64,000 nt of DNA from contig NGBS01000292.1 of the NCBI GenBank assembly GCA_002245135.1, positions 248,001-312,000 on the forward strand, given 5' to 3'. Shown here piece after piece: positions 1 to 12,720 of the stretch (position 1 is the first letter of the stretch; each line of letters starts with the position of its first letter). The notes below the pieces were generated by a model. It was not told the DNA's origin, made no database searches, and saw only the letters and a list, made by a program, of their open reading frames with translations. Both the position numbers and the translations under genes were made by a program. Origin of the DNA: Proteromonas lacertae. Its lineage: Eukaryota.

Positions 1-103
1 GAACAATCGTCGTAAACACAACTATATTCCATTTGCAATGGAATTATTGAAGATTATGTGTGAAAAGAATATAATAGATGGAGTATATAATGATGCTGAA
101 CAG

Positions 104-141
<38 letters not shown>

Positions 142-215
142 GTGTTTTATGTGATTTATTTTTATAGAGAAAAGAGTATATTGAGAGAGAGAAAGCGAAA
201 CGACAAACTAAATAG
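1..215 (+). CDS. UCHL5: 3' end of ubiquitin C-terminal hydrolase UCH37/UCHL5 (partial; intron 107-167)
   Basis: Manual translation NNRRKHNYIPFAMELLKIMCEK... matches the RRKHNYxPFxxELLK C-terminal signature of UCH37; TAG at 213-215. Confidence 0.8.
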
Positions 216-567
216 CCAATAGAATTGATTCTTTTCTCTTTCCACTATTATTATGTTATTTTTTAAGATTGTTTGTATGGTATTTTGAGTATTTTAATGC
301 ATGTGCAACTTAAGAACTAGGTATAATTCTTTATGAGTTTAATTCGAGATATTTTTAGATAAATACTATGATATCAATGACTAGAAATTACCAACATGCT
401 TAACATGCCTTTTTAGATAATAAAAATATGTTTTTGAAGTAAACATAACAGATATCTAGAGTTTACAGTATAAAAAATGTAGTAATAGAAAGTTTAATAT
501 CCCCAAAAACAACAACATAAAAATAGCAAAAAAGTTTTTCATTATATTTACTCTATATCTACACACA

Positions 568-1909
568 TTATTGATTATTCAATCTAGTTTGACTTCTTAA
601 GGCATAATGAGAACCATTCCTTCTTGTTTTAAATTTAGGTTTGCCAACATATGGCTCAAAGTCCATATCACTCTCTCTTCTCTTTCTTTTATCTAAATAA
701 ACAAAATCAGAATAAATCTATAAAATATACAGCCTCCATGTTGACTAATTTGTGGAAATAGTTGGATTTGCATGTTCTACTGCTCTTTTTGATTGATTAT
801 ACAACCCATAATACAAACTATAATTGTCATTTGCATCAAGGTTATAGCCATTTACTTCCTCATGGATATTGTGTGTAATTGCATTATAGTAAATTGTTTG
901 ATCATTTTTATGAATAGAAAATATGGGTGAAAAAAAGGGCTATTAATATAATTATTACAAAATAATAATAATAATATATATACAATAATATTCGGTACAA
1001 AATGATTCAATTTATAAAACACTTGTTCTAGGGATGTACTATTTTTATAATATTCAAAAGCTACTATTTTATTATCTGATTTTAATTCAAACTATTACAA
1101 TTACATATAATATTCATTTATACTTGATATAATTTCTTATTATTAGAATCATTTAGAATAAACGGAGAATGCATCTATTTTGATTTAAATAAATATTTAG
1201 AAATACAATAAATTCAGTTCCTGGTGAAGCAGATAATATAATAAAACTGGGATGACTTCTGTATCTAAAAGCATCATTCAAATCACTTAATGTCAAAAAC
1301 CTATATATCATAAATTATTATTTCATTCAATTTTATATAAAATAAATTAATACAGTTGTTTGTTTTGTTTTCTAAACAGTTGTTGAATATTATAATTTAT
1401 ATCCTAATATAATAATCATTGAATATATACCCTATGACAAGCCTCTATAACCATATCTTCAGCATTCCATGATTTAAATGCATCTCTTTCTTTAAGTATC
1501 TAATATTGTGTAATAATAAAACATACAATATCCATTAATTCACGTTTAACTATGTAATTCCCATTATTGTCGTTCTTTTCAATAAAGTTAGATTCTACAT
1601 AGGGTATGCATTAAACAAAATACTTAGTAATATGTATTTGATAATTTTCTTGTCTTTTTCGAAAAGTGGGGAATCTAATTCAATATATACAACTTTTAAT
1701 ACCTAAAACTTTATCAGTATTCCTACATGATGACAGAAGATTGATAGCCAAATTTAGATAATTATTATCTGTATCGAAGTAAGGCATATACGCCAAAATT
1801 CTATTGAAACAATTTTAGATTATAAAAATATAGTCGTTATTATACTAAAATCATTTTCTATTTTACACCAGATAGTTTACTCGTTTGATGTAAATTCCAT
1901 TTGAAACAT
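568..1909 (-). CDS. multi-exon hypothetical protein (5' end uncertain)
   Basis: Chain of short exons separated by GT-AG introns (e.g. 693-730, 940-983); last exon DKRKRRESDMDFEPYVGKPKFKTRRNGSHYALRSQTRLNNQ*. Confidence 0.5.
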
Positions 1910-1963
1910 ATACAGTAGCTGTATATACGTATAATTATTAAAGAATTAAAAAGTATAGATAAT

Positions 1964-2116
1964 TCTGCTCAACTATTACTCTTTCGATTTAATACAGTCA
2001 TGTATTATCATAACGTTGAGCAGAGCAGATATTTATACGGATGGCACTCAATAATATAATACCATTATAGTCGATTATACTTAACTTTTGGATTTTGAGA
2101 TATGGACTGCACATAA
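1964..2116 (+). ncRNA. candidate structured RNA, H/ACA snoRNA-like
   Basis: Inverted repeat TCTGCTCAAC 1964-1973 / GTTGAGCAGA 2015-2024 encloses the hairpin TAATACA-gtca-TGTATTA; ANANNA (AGAGCA) at 2022-2027; ACA at 2111-2113. Confidence 0.3.
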
Positions 2117-2494
2117 TGGCTAATACACGTTGATGAAGCAAATATATACAGTTAAAAATATATATGAAAGTAATGTAATGAAAAGGCTAATAGTAAGATG
2201 ATTTACTATTAAGTTAGTGAAAAGTTAATATTTATAATGCAATAAGCAACTCTCAGTTAAATTAAAAAATTAAGCTAATAGATATAGTAGTATGTAATAC
2301 TAAATTAAAACCATTTTGATTATACACTAATTTTAAAGCTAATATTTTTCATTAGTATGTTACTAAAAAGATAAATAAATGCAATAATAATATTATATTT
2401 ACAATCAAAGTAGTGAAAATAGACATATTTAATATAAGTTTGAATTCCTCTCAAGCCTCATTTCTTGTAATTTTGTTATTATCTCGTTACAGAA

Positions 2495-4667
2495 ATGGAA
2501 GATGATTTAATTATGACAATAGAAGATACAGATGATGATGAAGTAGCTGTATCCTATGTTATCTAACTGTTATTATTAGATTCAAAAGAACTTGAAAGAA
2601 GATGAAGAAGAGGATCATCAAAGAAAAAAGAAAAAGAAAGTATTAATGCATCTTTTTAAATGTATAGAATTTAGAAATTGCTAATGACTTTATTTTTGAA
2701 GATGTACAGCCAACAGTTCAAACACTAAAAATAGATAATAATTCGATTGAAACGCAAATAGAAAAACATAAAACAAGAAAATTGGAAGAGAAAATACAGT
2801 TTATTAGAGAAAAATCTAACAATTATGGAATTGAAGAAGATGAGGATGAAGAAGAGGAAGAAGTGGAAGAAGAACAAAACATAGAAAATCAAAATAAAAG
2901 CGAAAGTGAAGAAGAAGATGATGATGATAATGAAGATGATGAAAATACAAATAAAAACAGTAATAATAAAGCTCAACAAAATAAACCTAAAAATAAAAAT
3001 TCAGATTTCTTTGATTATGATTCATCACTTTCAATCGACACAACCAATATAACGACCTTCTATTCATTTTCACTTTCTCGTTCACTTTTAAAAGCAATAA
3101 ACACAATGAATTTTAACCAACCAACTCCAATTCAAGCTAAAAGTATTCCACTAATATTGAAAGGAAGAGATGTTTGTGCATCTGCAAAGACAGGATCAGG
3201 TAAAACAATCGCATTTTTATTACCAATCGTTGAGAAGTTACTATACATGCAAGATGAGAATTATATAAAATGTTTAGTGATTGTTCCAACTAGAGAATTG
3301 GCAAATCAATGTTATGAAGTAGTGAAACAATTAACACAAGTATTAATGCTTTCTATATTTTTTTCCTCTCTCTCTCTCTTTCTTTCTTTATTCATTTATT
3401 TTTATATTTTAAATAGTTTACATCAATAACATCTACTCTTATCGTTGGTGGATTACCTCTCAAACAGCAAGAAATTACACTTCGTCACAATCCAGATATA
3501 GTTATATGTACTCCTGGTAGAATGATTGACCATATAAAGAACTCGATGAGTGTTTCGTTATATGATATAAAATATTTAATCTTAGATGAAGCTGATAAAT
3601 TATTAGAATTAGGTTTTCAAGCTGAATTAGAGGAAATAATCAAATCCTGTCCAATGAATCGTCAGACATTATTGTTTTCAGCTACTTTTTCAACCAAAGT
3701 AGATGATTTGATCAAATTATCATTAAACAAACCAGTAAGAGTATGTATTGATGACACAACCAAAGTAGTGGATAACTTATTACAAGAATTTATAAGAATA
3801 AGAGATGAAAGTTCAAGAGAAGCAATTCTATTATCATTAGTGAAGAGATATTTTAAAGATGATACAATTATATTCTGTTCAACTAAAGCTAGAGCTCATC
3901 GTCTGTTATTAATATTTGGATTAGCAGGTTTAAAGGCTGTAGAATTACACGGTAATTTGAATCAAACACAAAGAACTAACAGTATGGAAAGATTTAAAAA
4001 ACATGAAGTTAATTTCATGATAGCTACTGATATAGCAAGTAGAGGTATTGATATAGAAGGAGTTCAATGTGTTATAAATTATGAAATTCCATTTGATATT
4101 AATCGATATATTCATAGAGTAGGTAGAACTGCAAGAGCTGGTCATGGTGGAAGAGCAATTTCATTGGTAGGTGAAAGAGATAGAAAAATATTGAAAGAAA
4201 TAGTGAAAAGATCGCCAATGAGTGTAAAATCAAGAACTATTCCTCCTAGTCAGATTGAGAAGTGGAAAACTGCAATTAATGCGATGGAAAAGGATATTAA
4301 ATTGATATCAAAACAAGAGAAATTACAAAGTGAAGTTGATGAAGCAAATCGTGATATTGTAAAAGCAGAAAATATGATTAAATTTGAAGATGAAATAAAG
4401 AATAGGCCGAAGAGAGAATGGTTTCAATCAAATAAAGAAAAGAAAGAAATAAAAGAAAAAGAGAAAGAAGTACTTGGTTTGACTGAGAAAGAAATGAAGA
4501 AAATTCAAAAAGAGAAAATAAAAGTGAAGAAAATGAAGGAAGAAAAAGCTAAAGATAGTTATGCTCAAAAAGTGGTAGGTAAAGCTATTAAGAGGAAAAT
4601 GAGAGAAGATGGAAAATTTAGAAGAGATGCTTTAGCTCCAAAGAAAAAGAAGAATAAGAAACACTAA
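2495..4667 (+). CDS. DDX27: DEAD-box RNA helicase DDX27/Drs1 (ribosome biogenesis), 3 introns
   Basis: Acidic N-terminus, Q-motif PTPIQ, AKTGSGKT, PTRELA, DEAD, SAT, HRVGRTARAG, and Drs1-type C-terminal 'EIKNRPKREWFQS'. Confidence 0.9.
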
Positions 4668-4842
4668 AGATAATGAAGGTAATGATTTTGATATGTTTGT
4701 TAATTACCTCATTTTTGTTTTAATATTTTGAATTAGGAATATATCTACACAAATAACCAATTATTGAATGTGAACCAAACACAAATAATAAAAAGAATAA
4801 TAAAATAATATTAATTTTCTAATATTTTGAATAATATGACTG

Positions 4843-5583
4843 TTAAATGTTACCTACTTTAAGCTTGAACTTTAGCTGGTTGTTCTGTGCTTTCTGGAGC
4901 TTTACGTTTGTTGTCCTTCTATTAATTATAAAATATAAATAATTATAGTATACTCTACAATCTTCACAATAATAATCTCCTTCTGGTGATTCTTTTAATC
5001 CAACACATTGTAAATGGAACCAAAATCCACAACCATCACAACAAACCATGATTTCTTCTTCTTGCTTTTCATTTTCAGGTGTATATTGACTAAAGCATTT
5101 GAAGCAACCAAGATCTATTCAATATAAACGCCTAATAAATATACCATCATCTGTTTCAACAAGGTTTCTTTCGTCATCTACTAATTGTGATGCATACTAT
5201 GAAGAAAAAGAATACAAACTTATACATATGCACGAATAAATTGGGCCTTTTGTTCTTCAGCATTTTCACCTTCTCCGTTCTTATATTTATTGTTATTTTC
5301 ATCATTAAAAGGCTTTAAAGCTGATGCATCAATAATTCGACTAATTGTAATAATATAGAGCAATACAAAGGATCTTCTCTTTCAAATAACTTTACGCAAA
5401 TTGGATCAGCTAATGCAGTTAATTTTCTCTCGTCTTGCAATTTCTTTGGTAATTCGCTTGTTTCAACAACCAAAATCGGTAATGTTTCTTTATCATTAGT
5501 CCACCAGGCAATTGTATGAACTCTACGATATTACATAACAAAATATACGGGAATGATTTAGAATTTGAGGTAGCAGTTGCCAT
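4843..5583 (-). CDS. PHD-finger protein with a possible PWWP-like N-terminus, multi-exon
   Basis: MVCCDGCGFWFHLQCVGL...YYCEDC PHD pattern; ATG at 5583; small GT-AG introns link the exons. Confidence 0.7.
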
Positions 5584-6066
5584 TTTCTTACTTTTTAAAA
5601 AGGAATGAAAAGAGAAAAAATGTTATATGGGTAAGCCAAAATAATACCAAAAACTCAATTTAATTCTTTTTTATCTCATTCAGTTGTATGAATTACAAAC
5701 ATTTATCTATATTATGTTTTAATTATCACTTTTGTTACAATAATTTAATTTTAGTGTCCTAAATTATGAAAAATGATTAGACAAACCAAGCTGCTATACT
5801 GACTTTGAACTGTTATACTGGTTAATTATATAAAACCTAATGCTTTTATGACAAAATGTTTGCCATTAATATTATTTAATACATCAAATTCAAGATGGCG
5901 CGAAATATAAAGAATATTCTTCCCCCTTAATAATTCCCCCAAATTTTAAAAACCTTAAGAATTGTTAATTTGTGTATATTCATTCTCCTATTATTACTAA
6001 ATATATTTCATATGCATTAAATTATACAAAAAACTATAAAAATGAATGAATTAATATAAAGTAAGA

Positions 6067-7523
6067 TTAAACTGAGATTAATTTCTTCACTTTCATTGCT
6101 CTTGGGTGTGTAACAAATTTCAAAGATGATAAAATATCCAGATCTGTATAGAATTGCTTTATTTCTGGACAATTTCCAGCTAATACCATTAAACCACCTA
6201 GGAAATAATTTTGACAGTCTCTTTCTGATGACACATATGTATTGATGAAACAGACTATTTCAGTTGCTATATCATTTATTCTTTTCTCTTGATCTAAACA
6301 AATCAACTCTATACAGATATTCTGAATTAAAGCAGACATCACCACCTTTGACTGATTATTTGAAACTGGAAAATCTTTTGTAATTTGTTCAAATATGGAG
6401 TTTGACACTAATGCTTTCATTATCTCTAATTTACCATTGTTGGTATTGAAACAATTACAAAACACCAAATAGACTTGAAATCTTAACTGATCATTGTTAT
6501 ATTCACCATTAATTAGATTTGTAACCAATACAGTTATGATATCTTTCAAACATCTCAAACCTTGTTGAGCTACAGCTAATCGGAGGATATATAACAATGA
6601 CATATCACTTTTAGATGATTTCTGGAATATTTTAAATATCAAATCATTGATATTGGGTGATAATGAATATTCATTAGGAATCATTGATAATTCAGCATTT
6701 AATTTAGGTAATAAAGTAATATCATTACCAGATAATGATGATGTTGATGATAATGTAGATTGTATTAAATTGATACACACTGGTAATTGAGAATTTTCTA
6801 GAAAAAACACATGCTTTATTTCACTTCCTGTTGATGGTGGTACTGGAAATGTAGGAGTTGCTGTAGTTGCAGTTGCAGTTGTGGTGGTGGTTGTAGTAGT
6901 TGTTGTTGTTGTAACTGGAACAGTTGTTGGTGGTTGAGCAAATGAAGGTGGTGGAGTTGGAAATACTGGTTGTGATTGTTGTTGCTGTATTTGTTGTTGT
7001 GGTGGTGGTGGTTGTACTGTTGGAGCACCTTTGATTATACCCATTTGAGATAGTAATGGTGCAAATTGTTGAAATAATGGTGAATTCTTGGCTTCTTGGG
7101 GTAAATTGATGATGTAATCAGGAATTCCTTTTCCAACTAAGAATTCTGAAGCTTCATTTGTGAAATTGTTACAGTTATGTTCTAATAAATCATAATTTTC
7201 TGCTGTAAATCTGCTACTGATATCTGATAAAAAGGATTCGAATAGATCTTGTGTTATATATGTTTCACCTAAATCCTCTTCTCTCATATGTCTAATTCCG
7301 AAGGATTGAGACATCTAATAACATAAAATGATAAATAATTTCATACAAAATCTAATCCTTGCTTTTGGATTCCTCCACTGTAAAAATATTCTTTGCCATA
7401 CACCACAATTCCTGTATGATATATTGCCTCAATCTGTTTACCTATTACAGCTGGAGATAAGACCTTGGCCATTCCTTGACTAAGATCATACACTCGAAGA
7501 ATCACTTTATAAGATTCGGTCAT
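6067..7523 (-). CDS. DESI1: PPPDE/DeSI deSUMOylating isopeptidase with Pro/Thr linker and PUL-like C-terminal domain (1 intron)
   Basis: VYDLSQG, IYHTGIVVYGKEY and YDLLEHNCNNF catalytic His/Cys motifs. Confidence 0.85.
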
Positions 7524-7613
7524 GTTTTAAAGAAAGAAGAAGTTTTTCTATAAGCTTGATGATGAGTTTGAAATTCAACTAACGACTTATTGTTTTATAA
7601 AGAATATACCAAT

Positions 7614-10512
7614 ATGAATATATTTATTTTACTATTATTTTTATATCTAACTTCAGCTTTTCCTGTTTGTAACAGATTAAACTATGAACACGATAATTCT
7701 ATGAATAGAGACGACACTGGCAAATTACCACCTAGATATGTTGAAGATGTTATGACTATGCCAAAATTTAAGGAATTACAGTCTTTTGCATATTATTCGC
7801 AAGCAATTTACTACAAAAGTGTATTTTTATTAGTTATATATTATAATGTAAATAGCATTATATATTTATTGATACAAGAAATGAACTTTTTGGCTCAAAT
7901 GTATTAGGACCATGAAATAGAAGGTTTTGATGAGAAAATCTCAACTATATATCCTATATATAATGGATATAGAAATGGTTATTGTAAGAAAAGAGCTACA
8001 CACCCAATCTCATCATGTAAGGTAGAATTCCTCTATTTAGAAGGATATGAAGAGAATTTACACTATATTTCCTTATATTCAGCAGAACCACAACAACTAA
8101 ATGCAGATGAAGTTACTGGTATAATTGCATGGACAGAAAAGACAGATTTAACAGATGATTTCATTCTCAACAAAATTGATAGTCCATTTAAGTACACATA
8201 TACTGTATACTATATATATATAATTGTTATACATATTAAATAGATACGATTATATGATATTAAAAAGAGGGCTAGTGTTACTTTTCCAGTTAATGTCAAA
8301 TCTAATTATATCAATTTCCAAATTCGACCTCATATGTTGAATAACTTCTTAGTATATGAAGATTATGATCCAATAAAACAGGAAGCATCTATATTTGTAT
8401 ATAGTGTAAAAGTATTAATTATTATTAAATCAATTTCTATTATATATAATAGGAAGAGTCATTTCAACCATTATTATACGCTGAAAAGAGTAAGAACTGT
8501 ATATATCCCCAAGCTAGTTATGACGAAGCAAATAAAGATGGATTAATTGGTTGGATTGAGACAAATCATACAGTAATATTTGATAATGATTATAGAGGTT
8601 GTATATTAAACAGTAGTAGCAATACTAATGAAGATACAATGTTGGTAATAATGAAAATACCTATTAGAACAATGATCACAATCCTTCCATCTGATTGGAT
8701 AATTGAAGATTATAAATATTTAGTGGATTTTATATTATCTGATAGTTATTTGTTTATTATATTGCGAAATGATAACAGTGATAAATATATTATTCGATAT
8801 TCGTTTAGAGATGATTTATCTGCGTTTTATTCAATTAATATGACTAAAACCACATCTCCTATGAGAGTATTGATATATATATATATATATATGAATAGTT
8901 TCAAAGTTCATCAGATGGTGCTGTATTATATTATGTTAGATATAATGACAATAATATAATGATGAATATAATCAAATTCTCTGGAAAGAGAGATGATCCT
9001 TATTTCCAAGTTATCTGTTTATTAGTCGATGATATTCCATTACAATATGCATATTATACATCAATAGATACAAATATTGTCGGTTGGGCAGAACCAAATA
9101 CAGATCGTACAAAATCAAATATCCAAGCACAATTGAAGCTCTTACACCTTAATAAAGATAATGATATATTATTTGATATTAATGATAAGTTTCCTGTTGT
9201 TTATGATGATTTTTATGATAGTGATTTTGATGGAATTGGAGATGAGTATATCCATTATATATATATTATGAATAGAGCTGATTTAGTTGACTTATCAGGT
9301 AGTTCATGTGCTAAAAATCATAATTGTATGAGTGATGATACAATACTATGGATTGTGAGTGGATTGTTATTTTTAATTGTGTTTATTATCGTTTTGGTGA
9401 TGGTTTATTTATATTTCTACGTATTATTATTATTATATATTTATTGTTTTTATTTATATAATAGATGCAAGAAAAAGGAGTATTATTAAAAGAAGAAGAA
9501 ATGAAACAAGAAGCATCAATGACTGAAGAAGAAAAGAAAGAGAAGAAAGAAAAAGATAAAAAGAAAAGAATAAAAATGAATTATGCAGATTTATATGTGT
9601 TTTGTATTGATAAAGTATTATTATTTATTATTTATTATTATATAGACTGTTGCTGTTATAAAGTTCTTATTATTAATATTGACATTCTTAGTGTTATGGT
9701 TAAACGTTTCTGATATTTATTTCTACAACGGTTTAACTCCCAGATTACGTCAAACTATACTTTGGGCTGATATTTATTTTTCATATATATTCTTTTTAGA
9801 TTTAGTTGTTAGGTTTATTACAAGAGATCGAACCAAATGTAAAAATATTTTCTATTTCATTTTGTACAATTGGTTTGATATAATCCCATTAATATTTGAA
9901 TTTCCTAATACTGCAGGTTTTGTTGTACCATTTTGGATATTCAAATTATTACGTCTTATTCGTCTATATAAGCGATTTACAGAAGATCAAATCGTAGTTA
10001 CACTTATGGTTAAATATCCAAATACATTTTTACTCGTATTTGTAGTAATAATTGTAATTCTTTGCACATTTTTATTAAAAATCATTGAACAAACTCAAGA
10101 TGAGGAATGGAGCTTTATATTCAATGTTATTTACTTTACTGTAGTTACAATTACATCTCTAGGTTATGGAGATTATGCTCCTACTCACCCTTTGGCTAGA
10201 ATTATCACAGCTGTTGCTGTACTCTGTGCAATTGGTGTAGTTTCTACATTATCAGCTATTGTTGTTGGTAAAGTAGTTACAGTGAAGAAATCTATGAAAA
10301 AGAGAGAAGAATTGATTGAAAATATGAAGAAGAATTGGAATCAGTTATTATATGGTGTTTTACATGTCTGTGGGCCATTTAATCCTGTGATGAATGTGTT
10401 TTCTGATCAAATGAATTTAGAACCAAATGAAGATAAAATGAAGCGATTTACCACTGTTACTAGACACAGTAGTTCATTATTGAATATTACAGTTGGAATA
10501 AAACATGTATTA

Positions 10513-10543
<31 letters not shown>

Positions 10544-11415
10544 TTGTATAATAGGATTTTGAATTGCCTGTTGATACTGTAATGAAAGGATCACTTGGTA
10601 AAAAAGGGGGTGTTAGTGGAATAGCCAAAATTATCAGAGACCAACTTAAATCAGAAGATGAAGCGAATCTATTAAAGATATTAAGAACAGAGAATAAAGA
10701 ATTGAATGAAATTGATTCTGTCGATAATCCTCGTCTACTTTCACCAGATATTCGATTGAAATTTATACTATTCAGATATCATTTAAACAAAGAAGAGAAT
10801 TTCGATGAAATGTTTGATGAATTGAAAATGATATTATTTGAGCCATTTAGAAAGAAGGAATTAATAGTTGAAAAGGCATATCAAGTGAATTATGATTTAT
10901 TACATACTCCAATTGATGATATTGATTGTTCTTCTATTGATTTAACTGATCCGATTGATAGGAAATTGTCTTTAGCTGAAGAATTCTTTGATAGATATCA
11001 TATATGTGAAAAGTATATATTTATATTTTTATCTTATTATTTTTCATTATAGTATTGACTTTACAGAATTAATGACAGAAATTGAAATATTATTATTATT
11101 ATATGAAAGAGTTGAAATATCAAAATGGGTTACCGAAAATTGCAAGTACAAAAAGAAAGCTGTTATTGCTCAACCTGCTATGGAAGAAGAAAAAGTAGTT
11201 CCAACTAAAATGCCAAATACAATTGCTGTTTTAGATGATATTAACTTGAGGGATGTAAAGACACATACATTCCAATGGTGGACATGGATCTGGTACTTCT
11301 TCTGGATTTAAAAAGGGTGGAAGTTCTGCTACAACTAGCAACTTGATGGTATAGTTTGATTGATTTATATTTTTTTTAGCCAAGAAATACTGTTACACCT
11401 GCAAAACCTATTTAG
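7614..11415 (+). CDS. 6TM potassium channel preceded by a signal peptide, large ectodomain and an extra TM helix
   Basis: S4 FKLLRLIRLYKR; pore VVTITSLGYGDYAP; GT-AG introns 9421-9464 and 9615-9645 join the upstream exons to the channel in frame. Confidence 0.75.
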
Positions 11416-11545
11416 AACATTTATAGATATTTAAATATGAAAAATAATTAACCATTTTTTATTTATTTATTCAATAATTCAATGTTTTTATTTGGGGGTT
11501 TTATCCGAAATTTTGGTTTGAGTTTTTAAAATCTTCTTTTTTGAA

Positions 11546-12240
11546 ATGAGCGACGATGTGTGTTTAGAAACTTATTTAAATACCAATATGCGAACATATT
11601 ATTTGATGGCGCAATATCAGAAAGTTGCAAAAGCTCCTCCTAAAGGGATAGTTGTTATTCCCGATCCAAAGAATATAAGTGCATGGTATGGAGTTTTGTC
11701 TATCCATACTGGATTGTTCATGAATTGTATATTTCGATTTGCTCTGTTATTCCCAAATAAGTATAATTTGTGTGTTTTATTATGTAGTCCTATGGAAGAT
11801 GGGATAATAAAAGTTAAATTCGCAATACCTATATTTCATCCACTTGTTCATATAACCGTATGTTTTCTAAGATATTATGGTTGATTTAGACATTTAATTA
11901 TGACACTAAACATATATACGATAGAAAATCCACTGTATCTGCGTTAGATATATTAAATGACATATCAGCTTCATTTCATCTTGAAAATGATGATAATATA
12001 AATACAATTCTAAGTTATCAATCTCAATCAAATAGAGCAGCTTATTTAGTGTATTACATTTATATTCCTATTGATTATCAATATAGATATAGAGATTCTT
12101 CTCAAAAAGATCAACTACTGAATAAAATCGTAGAATGTAAGGAGAATTCAAAGAGGGATTTGGAGAATAATAATTCCCCTGTAAAAATAGGTGATGTAGA
12201 TCCTCAGTTTGTTAATGCTGCAAAAAATGGGTTTAAATAA
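11546..12240 (+). CDS. AKTIP: AKTIP/Fused-toes-like UBC-variant protein (3 introns)
   Basis: GIVVIPD...WYGVLSIHTGLF..CIFRF...IFHPLV. Confidence 0.75.
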
Positions 12241-12267
12241 TCATATATATTGGTGTTATTGCTTTTT

Positions 12268-12540
12268 TCAAATGTGAAATAATAAATCAACATAAACTAT
12301 TATATTTTCTTTTCTTTTTTCTGATATTCCATCTAATATTGATTTGTCTATATTGTCTCTCAATGTGATTAATAAAATTACTAAATAAAGAAATATTTCT
12401 TTTTTCTCAATAATTAATCTCAATTCTTCTTCATTTACTTCATTTCCCGATATATCTATCTTAATTAATTCAATTCTACTGGGCTTTTGAAGCACATATC
12501 ATATATTCTCATATCTTCTTCTTTTCTCAATGCAATTCAT
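12268..12540 (-). pseudogene. relic C-terminal fragment of the kinase-LRR family
   Basis: ISGNEVNEEELRLIIEKKEIF..LVILLIT resembles LSGNELDESKLRLMKENKGIF..LDVLLIT (25661-25903); the upstream CIEKRRRY resembles CIKKKRRY (~26240). Confidence 0.6.
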
Positions 12541-12720
12541 TTTAGAAAGATTAAAGATTTTATCAAAATTTTGGTTAAAATAAAAATCCCCAAATATATA
12601 AAATCTCATTTTCATACTTAATCGTTATATTTATGTGATTAAAATTTAATATTATGAAAATACAACTAAAAATCATAACATATAATATATAAATTAAGAA
12701 TTTCAATAATTCTACTTCAA

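Noticed and set aside
568..1909. Faint resemblance to the Lines (LINS1) C-terminal domain
   Set aside because: Only a few residues match and the order is not convincing without an HMM search
2549..2579. GTATCCTA donor in DDX27 as a GT-AG U12 intron
   Set aside because: It is only 31 nt, has a U2-like CTAAC and lacks the TTCTTTAAT branch; ambiguous
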